Assembly (NCBI RefSeq): GCF_000142905.1
Contig: NW_013657676.1
Coordinates: forward strand, 62,001-126,000
Source of the DNA: Thecamonas trahens ATCC 50062
Taxonomy: Eukaryota > Protista > Apusomonadida
Direction: 5' to 3'
Length of the DNA stretch: 64,000 nt
Part shown: one piece after another, positions 1-12,222 of the stretch
Numbering within the stretch: position 1 is the first letter of the stretch
Layout: every line of letters begins with the position of its first letter
The notes under the pieces: generated by a model
What the model saw: only the letters and a program-made list of their open reading frames with translations
Databases searched by the model: none
Told to the model about the DNA's origin: nothing
Program-made: the position numbers and the translations under genes

Positions 1-1391
1 TGGCGTGAAGGTAAGGCAGCGCCACCATCTGCATGTACAGGTCCAGCGCCTTGGTTGCAATCGAGTTGCCACGGAAGAGGACCGTCGCCTGCGGCGTGCT
101 CTCGATTTCCGCAACAGTCAGCGCTTGCAGCAGCTCGACCGTCTCGTCGTAGCCCTCGCCCTCGTACAACCGGATGAGGTGGTAGGCCACGTCATGCCGC
201 TCCTTGGTCACCGCCGCCAGCGCCTGCAGCGCCGCCAGCTCGTGCCCGCGCAGCTCTTTGGTGAAGAGCGCATAGTGCTCGAGCGGCAGGATCTCCTCTT
301 CCTTGTAGTGGAGCTTGAGCCGAATCGAGCCAAGTGCTGCCGAGCCCATGGCTGCCGCGTCGTCGTCGTCGCCGTCGCCGTCGACGGCCGAGGACGAGAC
401 ATGCGATGTGAGAGTGAACCACTCGTCGTAGGTGTAGCCCGGCTCGAGCTCGTCAAGGAAGAGCGTGACCACGCCCATAAAGTCGTTCTGCGACATCTTG
501 TCGTGGTCCCAAACCGAGACAATGACCTGCTTTGACGCCTCCATGTCCTCAACCGAGAACTCGATGGCCAGCTCCTCGTCAAAAATCGGGTCGAGCGTCT
601 TGGCCTGCACGCCCGTCTTCACCTTCTTTCCGGCGAACTTGAGCTTGACGTACGGGTCCGACAGCCCGTTGGCGTCCTTGGCCGCCAGCCCGGCCCAGCC
701 ACCACCTCGATGGAGATCTTGCCGGGTATCGGGTCGTCCGGCTCCTGATATGTGACTCGCAGATGGAGCTCGCCCGAGACAAATGGCTGGTTGGACGCCG
801 ACGGGTCGTCGAGCGGGTACCACTGCTCGTGGACACGCTCGTGCGCCACCGAAGCCAACGGGATCTTGACCTGTCCGATGATCTCATCCTTGCCCTTGTC
901 CTCATCCCAGACCTGAACTGTCAGCTCGCTCGAGCCAGGCGCCACCTCCAGATCATACTCTTCACCGTAGAACGGGTTCAACTCCTTGTACACCGTCTTG
1001 GTCCGCACGTTACGCCCGGCACCAATGCCCGAGACCACCACATACGGATCCGACGACCGAGTCACTACACCCACACCACCCACACCACCCACACGTGAGC
1101 ACCATACTCCCTCCTCACACACACCTCTTGTTGCATCTGTGTACTTTGTAGTTGTAGCCGTAGTTGCTGTTGCCTCTACCACGTCATGCCCGCACACCAC
1201 TGACGACGTTGCGGGGCAAAGAACAGCACGATCGTTGCAGGCAACCAGCACGCACCCCCTCCCCCCCCCTCTCCCCCCTCCTCTCCTCTTCTTCCCTTCC
1301 TCGCCCACGTACGCCTGTCTGCAATCTTCAGCTCCTTGCATTCACACACGCGAAGATACAGCGAGTGCTCCACCTGCAGCTCAACAGCCAT
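1..1391 (-). CDS. GAP1-family Ras GTPase-activating protein (C2-C2-RasGAP), 3' end runs off the window; intron 1065-1312; apparent frameshift near 692-696
   Basis: Exon 1 MAVELQVEHSLYLRVCECKELKIADR is joined through a GTACGT...TAG intron to LTRSSDPYVVV...VWDED (first C2). After a one-base shift comes GLAAKDANGLSDPYVKL...VWDHD (second C2), then the RasGAP motif LFRGNSIATKALDLYM. Confidence 0.88.
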
Positions 1392-1511
1392 GGTATACAA
1401 TCAATGATGTGGAGTGTTGACTGATACGGCAAAGTGGGTGTGCCCCCCCTCCCCTTCCCCCCCTCCCTCCTCTTCTTCACCACCTCGGGACAACACTCCT
1501 CCCCGCCGAGT

Positions 1512-4500
1512 ATGGCGGAGTCTACCATCAACACGTACAATATCCGTGATGTGGATGTGCGCTTTCCATTCTCTGCATACCCATGTCAGTTGGTGTACAT
1601 GGAAAAGGTCATTGAGGCCTTGCAGAACGTATGTGCCTCCCCTCCCCATCCTGACCACCACCCCGACCACCGCCACCACCCCGACCACCGCCACCACACC
1701 GCCACCAACCCGTCCACCTACACTACCTCCGACCACCCCAACCACCCCCATTATTCAAACCCTAATCTTGGCCACCACCTCCACCATCTCCACCTCCCCT
1801 TGCTTCGCATCAACAGCCCCTCCCCCCCCCCCCCCACCTCCCCACCCTTTGTCAATGACCCGAAAAAGGTCGCAGTTCTCACCCCCCCCACCTCACCCCC
1901 TCCTCCCTCCCACAGAAGTCAAACGCGCTCCTCGAATCACCCACCGGCACCGGTAAGACACTGTGTCTACTGTGCGCATGCCTGGGCTGGCTAGAGGCTG
2001 AGAAGAACAAGGCGAGGCAGCAGACGGTGGAGGCGACGCCAGGCCTGGGTGGCCTCGGCGCTGCGTTTGGGGCCATGGCTCCGTCGGCTGCGCCGCCGCC
2101 CAAGATTGTGTACGCATCGCGGACGCACTCGCAGCTCTCGCAGGTTGTGCACGAGCTACGCGGCACCGGGTATACCGCCAATGTGTGTGTGCTCGGCTCG
2201 CGGAAGCAGCTCTGCGTCCACGAGAAGGTCTCCAAGCTCGGCGGCTCGGCACAGAACGCAATGTGCCGCCAGCTGACCGAGGCCCGGCGGTGCTCTTACC
2301 ACAACGCCATGCAAGAGAGCGGGCCGGCCGACGCGGCGCTGCTCGCGCAGGAGATGCTCGACATCGAGGAGCTTGCCGAGGCCGGCAAGGCACAGGGCAA
2401 GTGCCCGTACTTTCTCTCGCGCGAAATGCAGGCTGAGGCCGACCTGGTCCTCATGCCGTACAACTACCTCATCTCGCCGCTCATCCGGGCCTCGCTCAAG
2501 GTCGATCTCTCGGGCGCCGTCGTCATCTTTGACGAGGGCCACAACCTGGAGGCCTCTGCTGGCGACGCGTCGTCGTTCGAGGTCCGCACCTTTGACCTCG
2601 GTGCCTGCGTCGGCGAGCTCGACTACGCTCTGCATCTGTTCCAGGTCAGCGCCGTCACAGACCTGTCGTCGGCTATTTCGCGCGAAGACATCGCCATTCT
2701 CAAGACCGTCATGCTTGAGCTGGAGGCGGTCATTCTTGAGCTCCCGCTCGTCCTCCCGCCAGCCGAGCGCAATACTCCTGCCCGCCGGCTGTACGCCGAC
2801 ATGCCCGGCCGGGTTGAAGACACCCAGTTTATGATCGACCTCCTGGCCAAGGTCTCGCTCAAGAAAGAGTCGTACCTCGAGTTCTGCACTGCGCTGGACG
2901 AGGTTGTCTCGCTCATCACTTCGGCCTCGTCGGCTGGCCGTGGCCCGGCCCGCACCTCGGCACTCTCGTCGTTCAAAGAGTCGGTCGTCAAGATGTTCTC
3001 CAAGTCGGCCCAGTCATCAGCCGACTTTAAGGTCTACATCGCCGAGGATACCTCTCGCGGTGGTGGAGGCCGCGGAGGACGGCGTGGCTCGCGGCCGTCG
3101 TTTGGCGGGCCATCCGATGGCGGCGGCGGTGCTAGCGCATCGTCCGACAAGCCCGGCCGCATCGTCGGCTTCTGGTGCTTCTCACCAGGCGTCGCCGTCC
3201 AGGACCTTGTTGCCTGCTCTGTCCGCAACATCATTCTCACTTCAGGAACGCTCACCCCGCTCTCATCGTTTGCGCAAGAGATGAAGACCCCGTTCCAGGT
3301 GACGCTCGAGAACCCGCACGTCATCTCGGCTGCTCAGGTTTGGGTCGCCGTCCTCCGCAAAGGCCCTTCCGGTCACGTTCTCAACTCGTCGTACAACAAC
3401 CGGTCGAACGTGTCGTACATCAACGACCTCGGCGCCACCATCGCCAACGTGGCGCGCATCGTCCCGTCGGGCGTCCTTGTCTTCTTTCCCTCGTACTCGG
3501 TCATGCTCCAGTGCATGGATGTGTGGCAGCAGCGAATGCCCAACGCGAGCTCGTCGATGTGGGAGACCATCTCGCGGCACAAGACGCCGTTTGTCGAGCC
3601 GCGCGGCTCGGGTGACCTCAACGCCCAGATCGACGAGTTCTACGCCGCCGTCCGCTCCGTCTCGGGCCGCTCCGGTGCGGCCTCGGGCGCTGGCGCCATC
3701 TTCTTTGCTGTCTGCCGCGGCAAGGTCTCCGAGGGTCTTGACTTTGCCGACGCCAACGGCCGCGCCGTCGTCGTCACCGGCCTCCCTTACCCCAACACCT
3801 ACGATCCCAAGGTCAAGCTCAAGCGCAAGTTTCTTGATGAGAAGATGCGCCGCGGCGAGGGCAAGCTCTCCGGCGGCGACTGGTACTCGCAGCAGGCGTC
3901 GCGGGCGGTGAATCAGGCCATCGGCCGCGTCATCCGCCACAAAGACGACTACGGCGCCATCCTGCTCTGTGACGAGCGCTTTGCTCGCCGCGACAATCTC
4001 AACCAGCTCCCACTATGGCTCCGCGCATACACCCAGGTCTTCGCCTCGTTTGGCGAGGCCACCCGCGGCCTCACCCAGTTCTTCCGCTACGTCAAGACCC
4101 AGCCGTTCTTTGAAATCTCCGCCGCCCGCGCCGCCCGCCCGGCAAAGTCGGACCGTTCCGGCCGCCCCGCCCGTGCCCTTGCCCTCGACGCGCCGCGCTC
4201 GTCGCTGGCACAGTCGGCCCCGCCGGCGCCCGACAAGACCCTTCCGGGCGTCTCGCGCCGCAAGGCTCCGTACGCCGCCATGCACTTTACCCCACCACCA
4301 GCTACCGTCCCAGCCGTCGCCGCGGCCACCATCCCGCTCGCCCAGGCCATCTCGGCCGCCTCCGCTGCCGCCGCGGGGCCGGCGACGCAGGCCCACCAGC
4401 CAGGCCTCCTCCGCGCCTCGCTCGCCTCGTATCGGCCGAGTGAGACCTCCGCGGCGTCACCAGCTGTCTCGGTCGTCGAAAAGCTCATGGCTCGCAAGAG

Positions 4501-5143
4501 GAACGCGGCAGCCGCCGCCGCCGCTGCAGCAGCTGGCGGGCCGCGCAACCCGCCTTCGAAAGAGCTCGTCCACCCGCGCAAAACCAGCAGCTCTCTCTCG
4601 GCGTCGCTGATGGCGGCCGAGCCGGCGGCGGCGCAGCGCGAGCAGCAGTCTCAGGACTTTATCTCGCTCGCAAGGAGCCTCCTCTCCAAGGCCGAGTACA
4701 AGGCGATGAAGAGCGCGCTTCGCGCCTTTGCCCGGGACAAGTCGCACGCCGGCGTCATCGCCCTCATCGACGCCGTCTGGCCCATGTTTGCCGTCCCAGG
4801 CCGCAAGGCCCTGCTCTCGACCTTTGCCACCTTCATCCCACTCAACCACCAGGCCGAGTATTTGCAGCGCGTTCACGCCCACCTCCTCGCCTCGCCGGAC
4901 GAGCCAAAGAAGCGCCCGCGCTCACCGGCGCTCTCGCCGCATGCATCGCCGGCCAAGAAGCCGCGTCGGGGCTGCGACTCGTGCGTCGTGTGCGGCGCGG
5001 CGCCCAATACCCCGTTCCGTGCGCCGTGCGGCCACGTCGGCTGCCACGCGTGCTGGGTCGCCACGCTTGGTCAGGCCGTGACACCGTGCCCGGCCTGCGC
5101 CGCGCCCACCCGCGTCCGCGAGCTTGCCAAGCAGTACTTTTGA
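1512..5143 (+). CDS. RTEL1: Regulator of telomere elongation helicase 1 (XPD/Rad3-family Fe-S helicase) with C-terminal RING; intron 1629-1915
   Basis: VRFPFSAYPCQLVYMEKVIEAL spliced to NALLESPTGTGKT (Walker A), YASRTHSQLSQ, FDEGHN, LTSGTL, AVCRGKVSEGLDF and RAVNQAIGRVIRHKDDYG. A harmonin-N-like helical region and a C3HC4-type RING follow at the C-terminus. Confidence 0.92.
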
Positions 5144-5164
5144 GAGTAGAGTAAGAACTACAGC

Positions 5165-5893
5165 TCACCGGCGGCCGCCCTTCTTAGCACGTTTCCGGCT
5201 CTTGGCCTCGGAGACGAGGACCGTGTTGATCGAGTCCTTCAGCAGCTTCTTCCGCTCGCGCGCCTCCTTCCGCCGCTTCTCGTCAGCAGCCTTCCACCGC
5301 TCGCGTTCGGCAGCCTCGCGCTTGCGGGCCTTCAGATCACTCGTCGTCTTGCCGAGCACCGAGTCAATGAGCGAGAGCGTTGACGCCTTGGAGTCGACGT
5401 ACTTGATCTTGGCCTTGGCCTCGCGCCGACGAGCCTTGCGCTCCGCCCGCTGCTCGCGGAGCTCGGCGAGATACGCAAGCTCGGCCTCCGACCTCTGCCG
5501 CTTCTTCTCGTTCCACTTTTCCCGCAGCCGCTCTTTGCGCTCGCTCCGCTTGGACCGCGAGTTGGCCGCCCGCGCAAAGCTGGCCACCCAATCGTCGTCA
5601 TCGCCGCCCTCCCTCTTGGCCTTCTCCCGCTCTGCCCGAGCTTCCAGCGCCCGGCGCTCTTTCTCCAGCTCGCTCTTGGTCTTTGCCTTTTTCATCGGCC
5701 GCACATCCTCATCAACATCACCGCCACCCATTGTCGTCGCCTCTGCCCGAGTCTCCGTCACTGCTGTCCCCACCATCTCCTTGCTCGCGCCACTCGACAC
5801 AGCCTCACCTCCTTTAGCTCCAGTATCCCCCTCAGCCTTGCGGTCTTCCCGCTCAGCAAGCTTGGCTGCTGTCCTCTTCCGCTTGCGTGGCAT
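5165..5893 (-). CDS. Basic coiled-coil protein, possibly a Loc1-like 60S biogenesis factor
   Basis: 242-aa K/R/E-rich ORF. The segment KYVDSKASTLSLIDSV...ERWKAADEKRRKE resembles the fungal Loc1 core as I recall it. Confidence 0.55.
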   Translation of the reverse strand: MPRKRKRTAAKLAEREDRKAEGDTGAKGGEAVSSGASKEMVGTAVTETRAEATTMGGGDVDEDVRPMKKAKTKSELEKERRALEARAEREKAKREGGDDDDWVASFARAANSRSKRSERKERLREKWNEKKRQRSEAELAYLAELREQRAERKARRREAKAKIKYVDSKASTLSLIDSVLGKTTSDLKARKREAAERERWKAADEKRRKEARERKKLLKDSINTVLVSEAKSRKRAKKGGRR

Positions 5894-6445
5894 GATGAGC
5901 GATGAGTGTGTGACCGTGAGGAGGTCGACGACGAGACCGAGTCAGAGGATGGGATGGATGGATTGGCAACGAGCCAGGGGGAGAGCTGCGTGTGGCAAGG
6001 GCGGGGGAAGGTTATCATTGGCGGCATGATCGGGGCAATGGTGAGATGGATCGGAGGATGGAATGAGTGGCAAGTGGGTACAGAGTGTGGCACGTGCGGT
6101 GGTTGTGACTGATGACCAGTTGTTGACAGAGACAGTGGTCAGGGCGTGGCCAAGCAGGGCGTCGGGGTAGGGGAGGCAAGAGGGCGGGAGGGGGTGGCCC
6201 ATCGCGGGATGGCGATGACGGATTGTGGAGGATGCTCGGATGATTTGCCGCTATGTACTGTATATAGTGGTGGTGGCGGCGGGAGACATGCAATCAAGCT
6301 AGTCTCTGGCTTGTAGGTGAGGATGATGGCTACATCCCGGGAGATATGTCTGCCGGACAAGGACGATGAGGACGACACGGCAGGGCCGAGACAGTTGCTC
6401 AAATGGAGCAGAGGAGAGCACACTTGACGCGTTCAAACTAAAACC

Positions 6446-7477
6446 ATGCTGCGGTGGAGGGCATTGTGCATGGGCAACATGGGTGTGGCTGTGAATGGGG
6501 TGCGGATGATGTCGGGTATGTGAGCAGGGTGGCGGTGGCAGTGGTGGTGGTGGTGGCGGTGGTCGTCGTCGTCGTCGGGCTGAACCACGATGGGCGGGCT
6601 GGGCGCAAAGGGGGCGATGGCGTGCAACAGTCGTGGTGGGTATAGTGAGATTGTGGAGTATAGCATGCTCGCGGCTGATGGCAATCGTCGATGCGAGGGG
6701 AACGATCAGACTCACTGCAGCTGGTGATGTCGGGGTGTGTGGAGGGGGGCAGCACCGGTGCGGGCCGACGTGAAGCGATTCTACAAAGAGGTGGGCGTGG
6801 AGGAGAAGGACGAGGGATCGTTTGCGGTGACGGTTGATGGACGGGTGGTGAAGACTCCGATGCGCGCTCCGCTCGTTCTGCCGTCCGAGGCCCTGGCTGT
6901 CGCTGTGGCACAAGAGTGGGATGCGCAGCGGACCCACATCGAGCCGCTCTTCATGCCGCTGACCAAGTTTGCATCAACCGTCCTCGATCGCTATCCCGAG
7001 GTCCGCGACAAGGTCACCAACAACCTCGTCAAGTACCTCGCCTCCGACTCGCTCGCGTTCCGCAACCATAACCCGGGATCGCTCGCCGCCCTGCAGCACA
7101 AGAAGTGGGACCCGGTTGTCGAGTGGGTCGGCCAGAACCACGGCGTGGTCCTCGATGTTACAGACGGCCTCATGCCGAGCCATCCAGCGCAGTCGGCCGA
7201 GGCGCTGCGGAAGTACCTTGATGCCCTCGACGACTGGCAGCTCGTCGGCTTTGACCGCATCGCCGCATCGACTCGCTCCGTCACACTCTCGCTCGCCCTC
7301 ACCGAGGGCCATCTGAGCCCCGAGCAGACGCTGGCCCTGTCCCGGCTCGAGGAGGAGTTCCAGACTGGCGTCTGGGGCGTGGTCGAGGGCGGCCACGACA
7401 TCGACGAGACCGTTGCAATGGTTGATCTCACCGCCACCGACGTTTACCTCCGCATCCTGCAGCTTAGCCAGCCGTAA
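6446..7477 (+). CDS. ATP12: Mitochondrial F1-ATPase assembly factor ATP12/ATPAF2; intron 6516-6752
   Basis: KRFYKEV...DGRVVKTP...LAVAVAQEWDAQ...MPLT...SRLEEEFQTGVWGVVEGGHDID. The upstream exon MLRWRALCMGNMGVAVNGVRMMS looks like a presequence and splices in frame through GTATGT...CAG. Confidence 0.93.
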
Positions 7478-7485
7478 AGCCTCGC

Positions 7486-8073
7486 TCAAGTGTACCGCTT
7501 CCACTGAGGCACGTACGCAAACTCGCCTTGGCCAGCGTAGAACACGTCTAGCAGGGCAGCACCCGGGCTTCCCACCGGGTGATCGGTAGTGCATCCGAGC
7601 GCGGCGTAGAGCTTGAGCTGGAGGACAAAGCCCTCGTTGGGCTCGGCAACTGGACGGGCGCGGGTGATGGCGGCGAGTGCAGCCTCGACCTCCATCCCAT
7701 GCTTCGTCATGAGAAAGGCAGCGAGAAGCGTGACCGATCGCGACTGTCCGTGCTGGCAGTGGACAAGGACTCGGGCGGTGGGATCCGAGGCGAGCGCATC
7801 GGCCACAAAGCTCACGCCGTAATCAAAGTGATTGATGATGGGAACGTCTGGCATGTCGAGTACCTCTATGGGCTCAGAGTAGACAAAGTCGTCCGCAAAG
7901 TGTGCATCCAGAAAGCTGCCGACACGAAGCACATGGCTCACGCCCAACTCCTCCATCAGCTCCTTGTCCATCGCCACCGTCTCGCCACTCACCAGCACCC
8001 TACCACCGGCGGCCTCGTCCACGCTCTGCGCCGTGTTCCACACCACTTCGCGATGCAGCTTCTCGCTTGCCAT
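7486..8073 (-). CDS. Atypical dual-specificity protein phosphatase (DUSP12/DUSP19-like catalytic domain)
   Basis: CX5R motif VLVHCQHGQSRS, the AFLM motif and PNEGFVLQL. Confidence 0.9.
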   Translation of the reverse strand: MASEKLHREVVWNTAQSVDEAAGGRVLVSGETVAMDKELMEELGVSHVLRVGSFLDAHFADDFVYSEPIEVLDMPDVPIINHFDYGVSFVADALASDPTARVLVHCQHGQSRSVTLLAAFLMTKHGMEVEAALAAITRARPVAEPNEGFVLQLKLYAALGCTTDHPVGSPGAALLDVFYAGQGEFAYVPQWKRYT

Positions 8074-8339
8074 TCCCGTCTATGCACGTATAGTGTTGCA
8101 GCGTCAAGTGTGTGACTCTCACCGAAAACTAGCTCCTGTCCTTGGTCCATGCCCTGAGCGAGCTCACACCGGTTACCAGCGTGTCTTTGCCCGAGTCCGA
8201 CCCTCGCTATCCCCGGGCAGCGCCACAGAGACCCCACCCCTCACCCCTTGCGCTCAAAGGCGGCCACACCCCGCTACGCGAGGTAAACTCGGACGGGAGG
8301 AGCACGCTACGCCGAGATAGTGAGAGGGAGGGCATAAGC

Positions 8340-8888
8340 ATGGAGGTGGTCGAGTACAACCCGGAAGAGTGGATCGAGACGGCGTCAGGCAACAAGGTCT
8401 CGAGAGCGTCGGTCCTCTGTGGCTCGCAAAACATCATCCTTAATGGCAAGTCGCTGGTCCTCCCGGGCTCGATCATCCGTGGCGATCTTGCGGCGGTTCG
8501 CATCGGACGATACTGTGTCATTTCGGATCGGGTCGTCCTTCGCCCGGCGTACAAGGCTCTGCCCAAGGGTCTCAACTACTTTCAGCTCTCGCTCGGCGAC
8601 TGTGTGTATGTGGGCAAGGATGCTGTGGTAGAGGCAGCCTCTATCGGCTCGCATGTCATCATCGGCGAGGGCGCCATCGTCTCCAAGCGTGCAGTCATTC
8701 TCGACTGCTGCGAGATCCTGCCCGGTGCGGTGGTGCCCGAGGACGCGGTCATCCCGCCGTTTTCCATCTACGGTGGAAACCCTGCGGTGCTGATCGGCGA
8801 GCTGACCGAGGCCGCCCAGCGAGTTCACGAGGAGAAGGCCTTTGCCTGTTACGAGTCGTACGTGCCGGCCAAGGCGGCCGGCGTGTGA
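8340..8888 (+). CDS. DCTN5: Dynactin subunit 5 (p25)
   Basis: WIETASGNKVSRASVLCGSQNIILNGK...IRGDLA followed by left-handed beta-helix hexapeptide repeats. Confidence 0.93.
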   Translation: MEVVEYNPEEWIETASGNKVSRASVLCGSQNIILNGKSLVLPGSIIRGDLAAVRIGRYCVISDRVVLRPAYKALPKGLNYFQLSLGDCVYVGKDAVVEAASIGSHVIIGEGAIVSKRAVILDCCEILPGAVVPEDAVIPPFSIYGGNPAVLIGELTEAAQRVHEEKAFACYESYVPAKAAGV

Positions 8889-8908
8889 GGCGCGCCGTCA
8901 TGCGGTGC

Positions 8909-9742
8909 TCAGTGGCCCTTGCGCTTCTTTTTGGGCGCAAATGGGACAAGCTCGGTGTACGGCTGCCGCTGCAGCGGATGGGCGACGAGCATGGTGGTGT
9001 GGAGAACGAGGCGGCGAAAGTTGGTCGAGTCCTCCAGAAAATACGACTCGGGTGAGGCGACTTCGACAGAGGTAAGAAAGTTGAATACGCTCTGCGGGTC
9101 GTTCTCGGCCGATGGCTTCTCATGGAGGTAAAGAACGTCGTGGAAAAAGTGCGGATGCGCAAGGAGCGCCGTCCGCAGCGCTGCGTGCTCGGGCGAGACG
9201 TGGGGGACAATGGCCGAGCGCGCGTAGACGAGGATCACTCGGAGGACGTGTGGCGGGTCGGGCGAGTCGGGCGTCTGCGCCGCCAGGTCGTCGGCGTCGT
9301 CAAGGAGGCCGAGCGAGGCGGCGAGCGCAAAGACAGAACCGATGTCAAGAGAGCGAAAGTTGCCCAGCGTGCGGACCGCCGAGAGCGCATTGTGGAAGGC
9401 CTGCACGTCCGAGGTGAACGGCGTGTGCAGCTGCGCGGTCTCGGTCAGGATGCCGAGTCCAAACTGGTGCAGCGGCGAGAGCCCGGCCTTGGCCACCACA
9501 AAGTTGGAGATCACCCGCTTGGCGCAATCAAGCCGCGTCATGTACGACTCTTGGTTGGTTGTAGACGCCTGCTTTGACACAAACTCCATCCCGTCCATCT
9601 CCGAGTGCGCATCCACAAGAAACAGCTACCACCATCCATCACCCCACCCATCCATCCATGAGTCTTCAGCGGAAGCCACCACACAATGCCCTGCCGCACC
9701 TTGTTCGCCGGGCAGCTCGAACCAAGTCACACACACACACAC

Positions 9743-9776
<34 letters not shown>

Positions 9777-10332
9777 TCTCCCCACCCACCCAACGTACGA
9801 TCCGCTCCGGGACGTTCGACGCCCTCACAGGACGCAGACCCTTGGCCACCGGCAAACCAATCGCGCTCTCCTTGCCCTTGTCTGGCCCATCTCTACCATC
9901 GACATCACTCGTCGCCGATGAGCTTCCAGGTTGAGAAGCATGCGCGGTGGCGGCGGTGGTCGCCGAAGCTCCGTCGCCAGTCAGAGGCGCACCACTGGCA
10001 TGGGCTGTAGAAGCCGAAGAAGGGCGAGCCGAAGACGAGTCGACGATATGTTGTGTAACACTCTCTGTTGCAGCATGAGTGCGGTTGTCGACGTCCATAC
10101 CGGCCATGGTCGTGGAGGGCAGGTTCGCCAAGTCGTCTCGCGGAGTCGATGTTCTCGTCGACGATGCGCTGCCAGCGGCAGAGCCGACCGAGCCGACCGA
10201 GCCGACCGAGCTGAGCGAGCCGACCGAGGCTGCAGCAGGAGTGGGGGCGGTGGCCAAAGGCTCGCTCGCGACAACCACGTTCATGTCGTTGCTCTGGGTT
10301 ACTGCTTTGTACGCCGGCGGGGGCAATGCCAT
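8909..10332 (-). CDS. BABAM1: BRISC/BRCA1-A complex member 1 (MERIT40/NBA1, vWA-like); intron 9626-9798
   Basis: SNVPERI|LFLVDAHSEM, LRVILVYARS, FFHDVLYLHE and the signature LVAHPLQR. A GTACGT...TAG intron restores the frame. Confidence 0.87.
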
Positions 10333-10527
10333 CTCAGCACGTCTCGGCCCGGGGGGGGGGGGGGGGGAGTGAGTCAGGTGTGGCCGTCGGCAGCCGACCG
10401 GCAGCAGCCGACCGGCAGCCGACCGGCGCACGGCTCGTTATATGGATTGGATCGAGGCCTGCAGCCTTTACTCTTTTTCTCTCTCTCCTCTCACCGCTCT
10501 CACACGCCACTCGCGAGCAAGATTGCA

Positions 10528-12107
10528 CTACTCGAGCATGGGCTTGGTCTCGTCGTCGCTGGCATCGTCGTCTCCGTCCGAGTGCGAAGCGGCGGCCATG
10601 TGCTCCTCAAAGTCCTTCTGGTCGAACAGCTCGGCGTAGAAGAGAGCGCGGTCCTTGAGGACGCCGATGGCGTCGCGGACAAGGCGATCCGGCGGGAGGA
10701 TGCCGGTGCTCTCGACTGAAAAGATAAAGTGAGTCTTGACACGACGGAGCTCGACTGCCGGGGTGTACACGCCGTGGGCCGAGTGCTGGGCATCGGGCGG
10801 CGGACGGATGCACTCGCGGCACATGGTGCACTGGCGCGGGCGAGCGACAACGAGCTCGCCCGAGTCCTCAATGTCAAAGACCTTGGTTGGGCACGTCTGT
10901 GCAATGCGGGAGGCCTCCTCGGACTTGGGCTGCGCCACAATGACCGGCTCGGGCAAGAGGCGGTACGAGGCGGTGGCGACGGGCGACCACTTGGCGTGGA
11001 CCTTGCCCACGCCCTTGGTCACGTAGCATCGCACATCGATGCGCTGTCCGGGCGCCAGCTTGGCCAGCAGAATGTCCGGGTGGACAACCTGCGGCGGGTT
11101 CTCTGCAAACCGCTCGGCCTGCTCGCCGAACGGTGTCCACACCAGCGCAGACGCAAAGACCTTGGAGTTGACGACCTCGTTGTTGATGTCACGGAAGCAC
11201 TTGACATTGAGGTCAAAGATGAGCGTGTTCTCCGGAGTGTGCTCGTTGCCAGAGACATGCGTCTCAAAGAACGCCGGATCGGCCTTGATCGGCACCAGGC
11301 CGAGCCGGTGGGCAAAGACTTCATCCTGGATCACCGACGTGTTGTCGCGGAACTCGGCAATCTCGATCGCCATTGTCGGCACCTCGGAGAGCAGGATCCG
11401 CCGCAGCGTGTTGGCCAGCGGCGCGTCGACGCCCGACAGCTCAAACACCAGGTCGTTGCCGTCCTCCGACACATCATTCACCTCGACCTTGACCTCCTCT
11501 GTGAACTTTTCCACGTTCAGCCCGTTCTCCACCCCGACCGACGCAAACGACGTCGGCGCATCAAACGACGAGCCCTGTCCCCATCACCGATCACAACCAC
11601 GACCACGACCAGAACCACAACCACAACCACAACCACGACCGTCACCATCATTGCCACCACCATCATCGTCGTCGTCATCAGTAAACCACCCAAGCCCCAT
11701 CAGCCACGCCGATGACCATGACCAAGCGCCGCACAGACCGACCACACCACAGCCACCCGCAACCCGCCCACACCCGCCCACACCCGCCACACCACACCGA
11801 CCATGCCCGAACCAAAACCATACATTTGTAAGTGACTCTACCTCGTGCGTAGTCGTGCCCATCCCTCCTGCCATCCCCCGTTCCCCCTCCCCACGGCTTG
11901 TCCCTCCGTCCTCCCCCCCAATCCAACCATCCTGGCTGGTCACCACCCCTTCCACCCCTCATTGCTCCCAAAGCAGCCGAGGGAGAGCCAGACAGAGAAC
12001 ACGCAATGGCGCAAGTGGTGGCTCCCGTGTGTACGTACATGGAGAATACGATCTTCACCAAGGATCACCCGTGTCTTCATCTTGGTCGCAACATCCTTCC
12101 CGCTCAT
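10528..12107 (-). CDS. POLR1C: RNA polymerase I/III shared subunit RPAC1 (RPC40); intron 11575-12038
   Basis: ANTLRRILLSEVPTMAIE, NTSVIQDEVFAHRLGLVPI, HAKWSPVATASYRLLP, CTMCREC and FSVESTG. Exon 1 is MSGKDVATKMKTRVILGEDRILH. Confidence 0.95.
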
Positions 12108-12222
12108 GGCTGACTGGTGAAACGACGACGAGTGCCGGCCGCCGCTGGCCCGGATTCGCCGACTCCCCTTTCGCCACCTTGGCCACCTCGGCCGACTCGC
12201 CACATCGCTTGCCAGGCATAGT

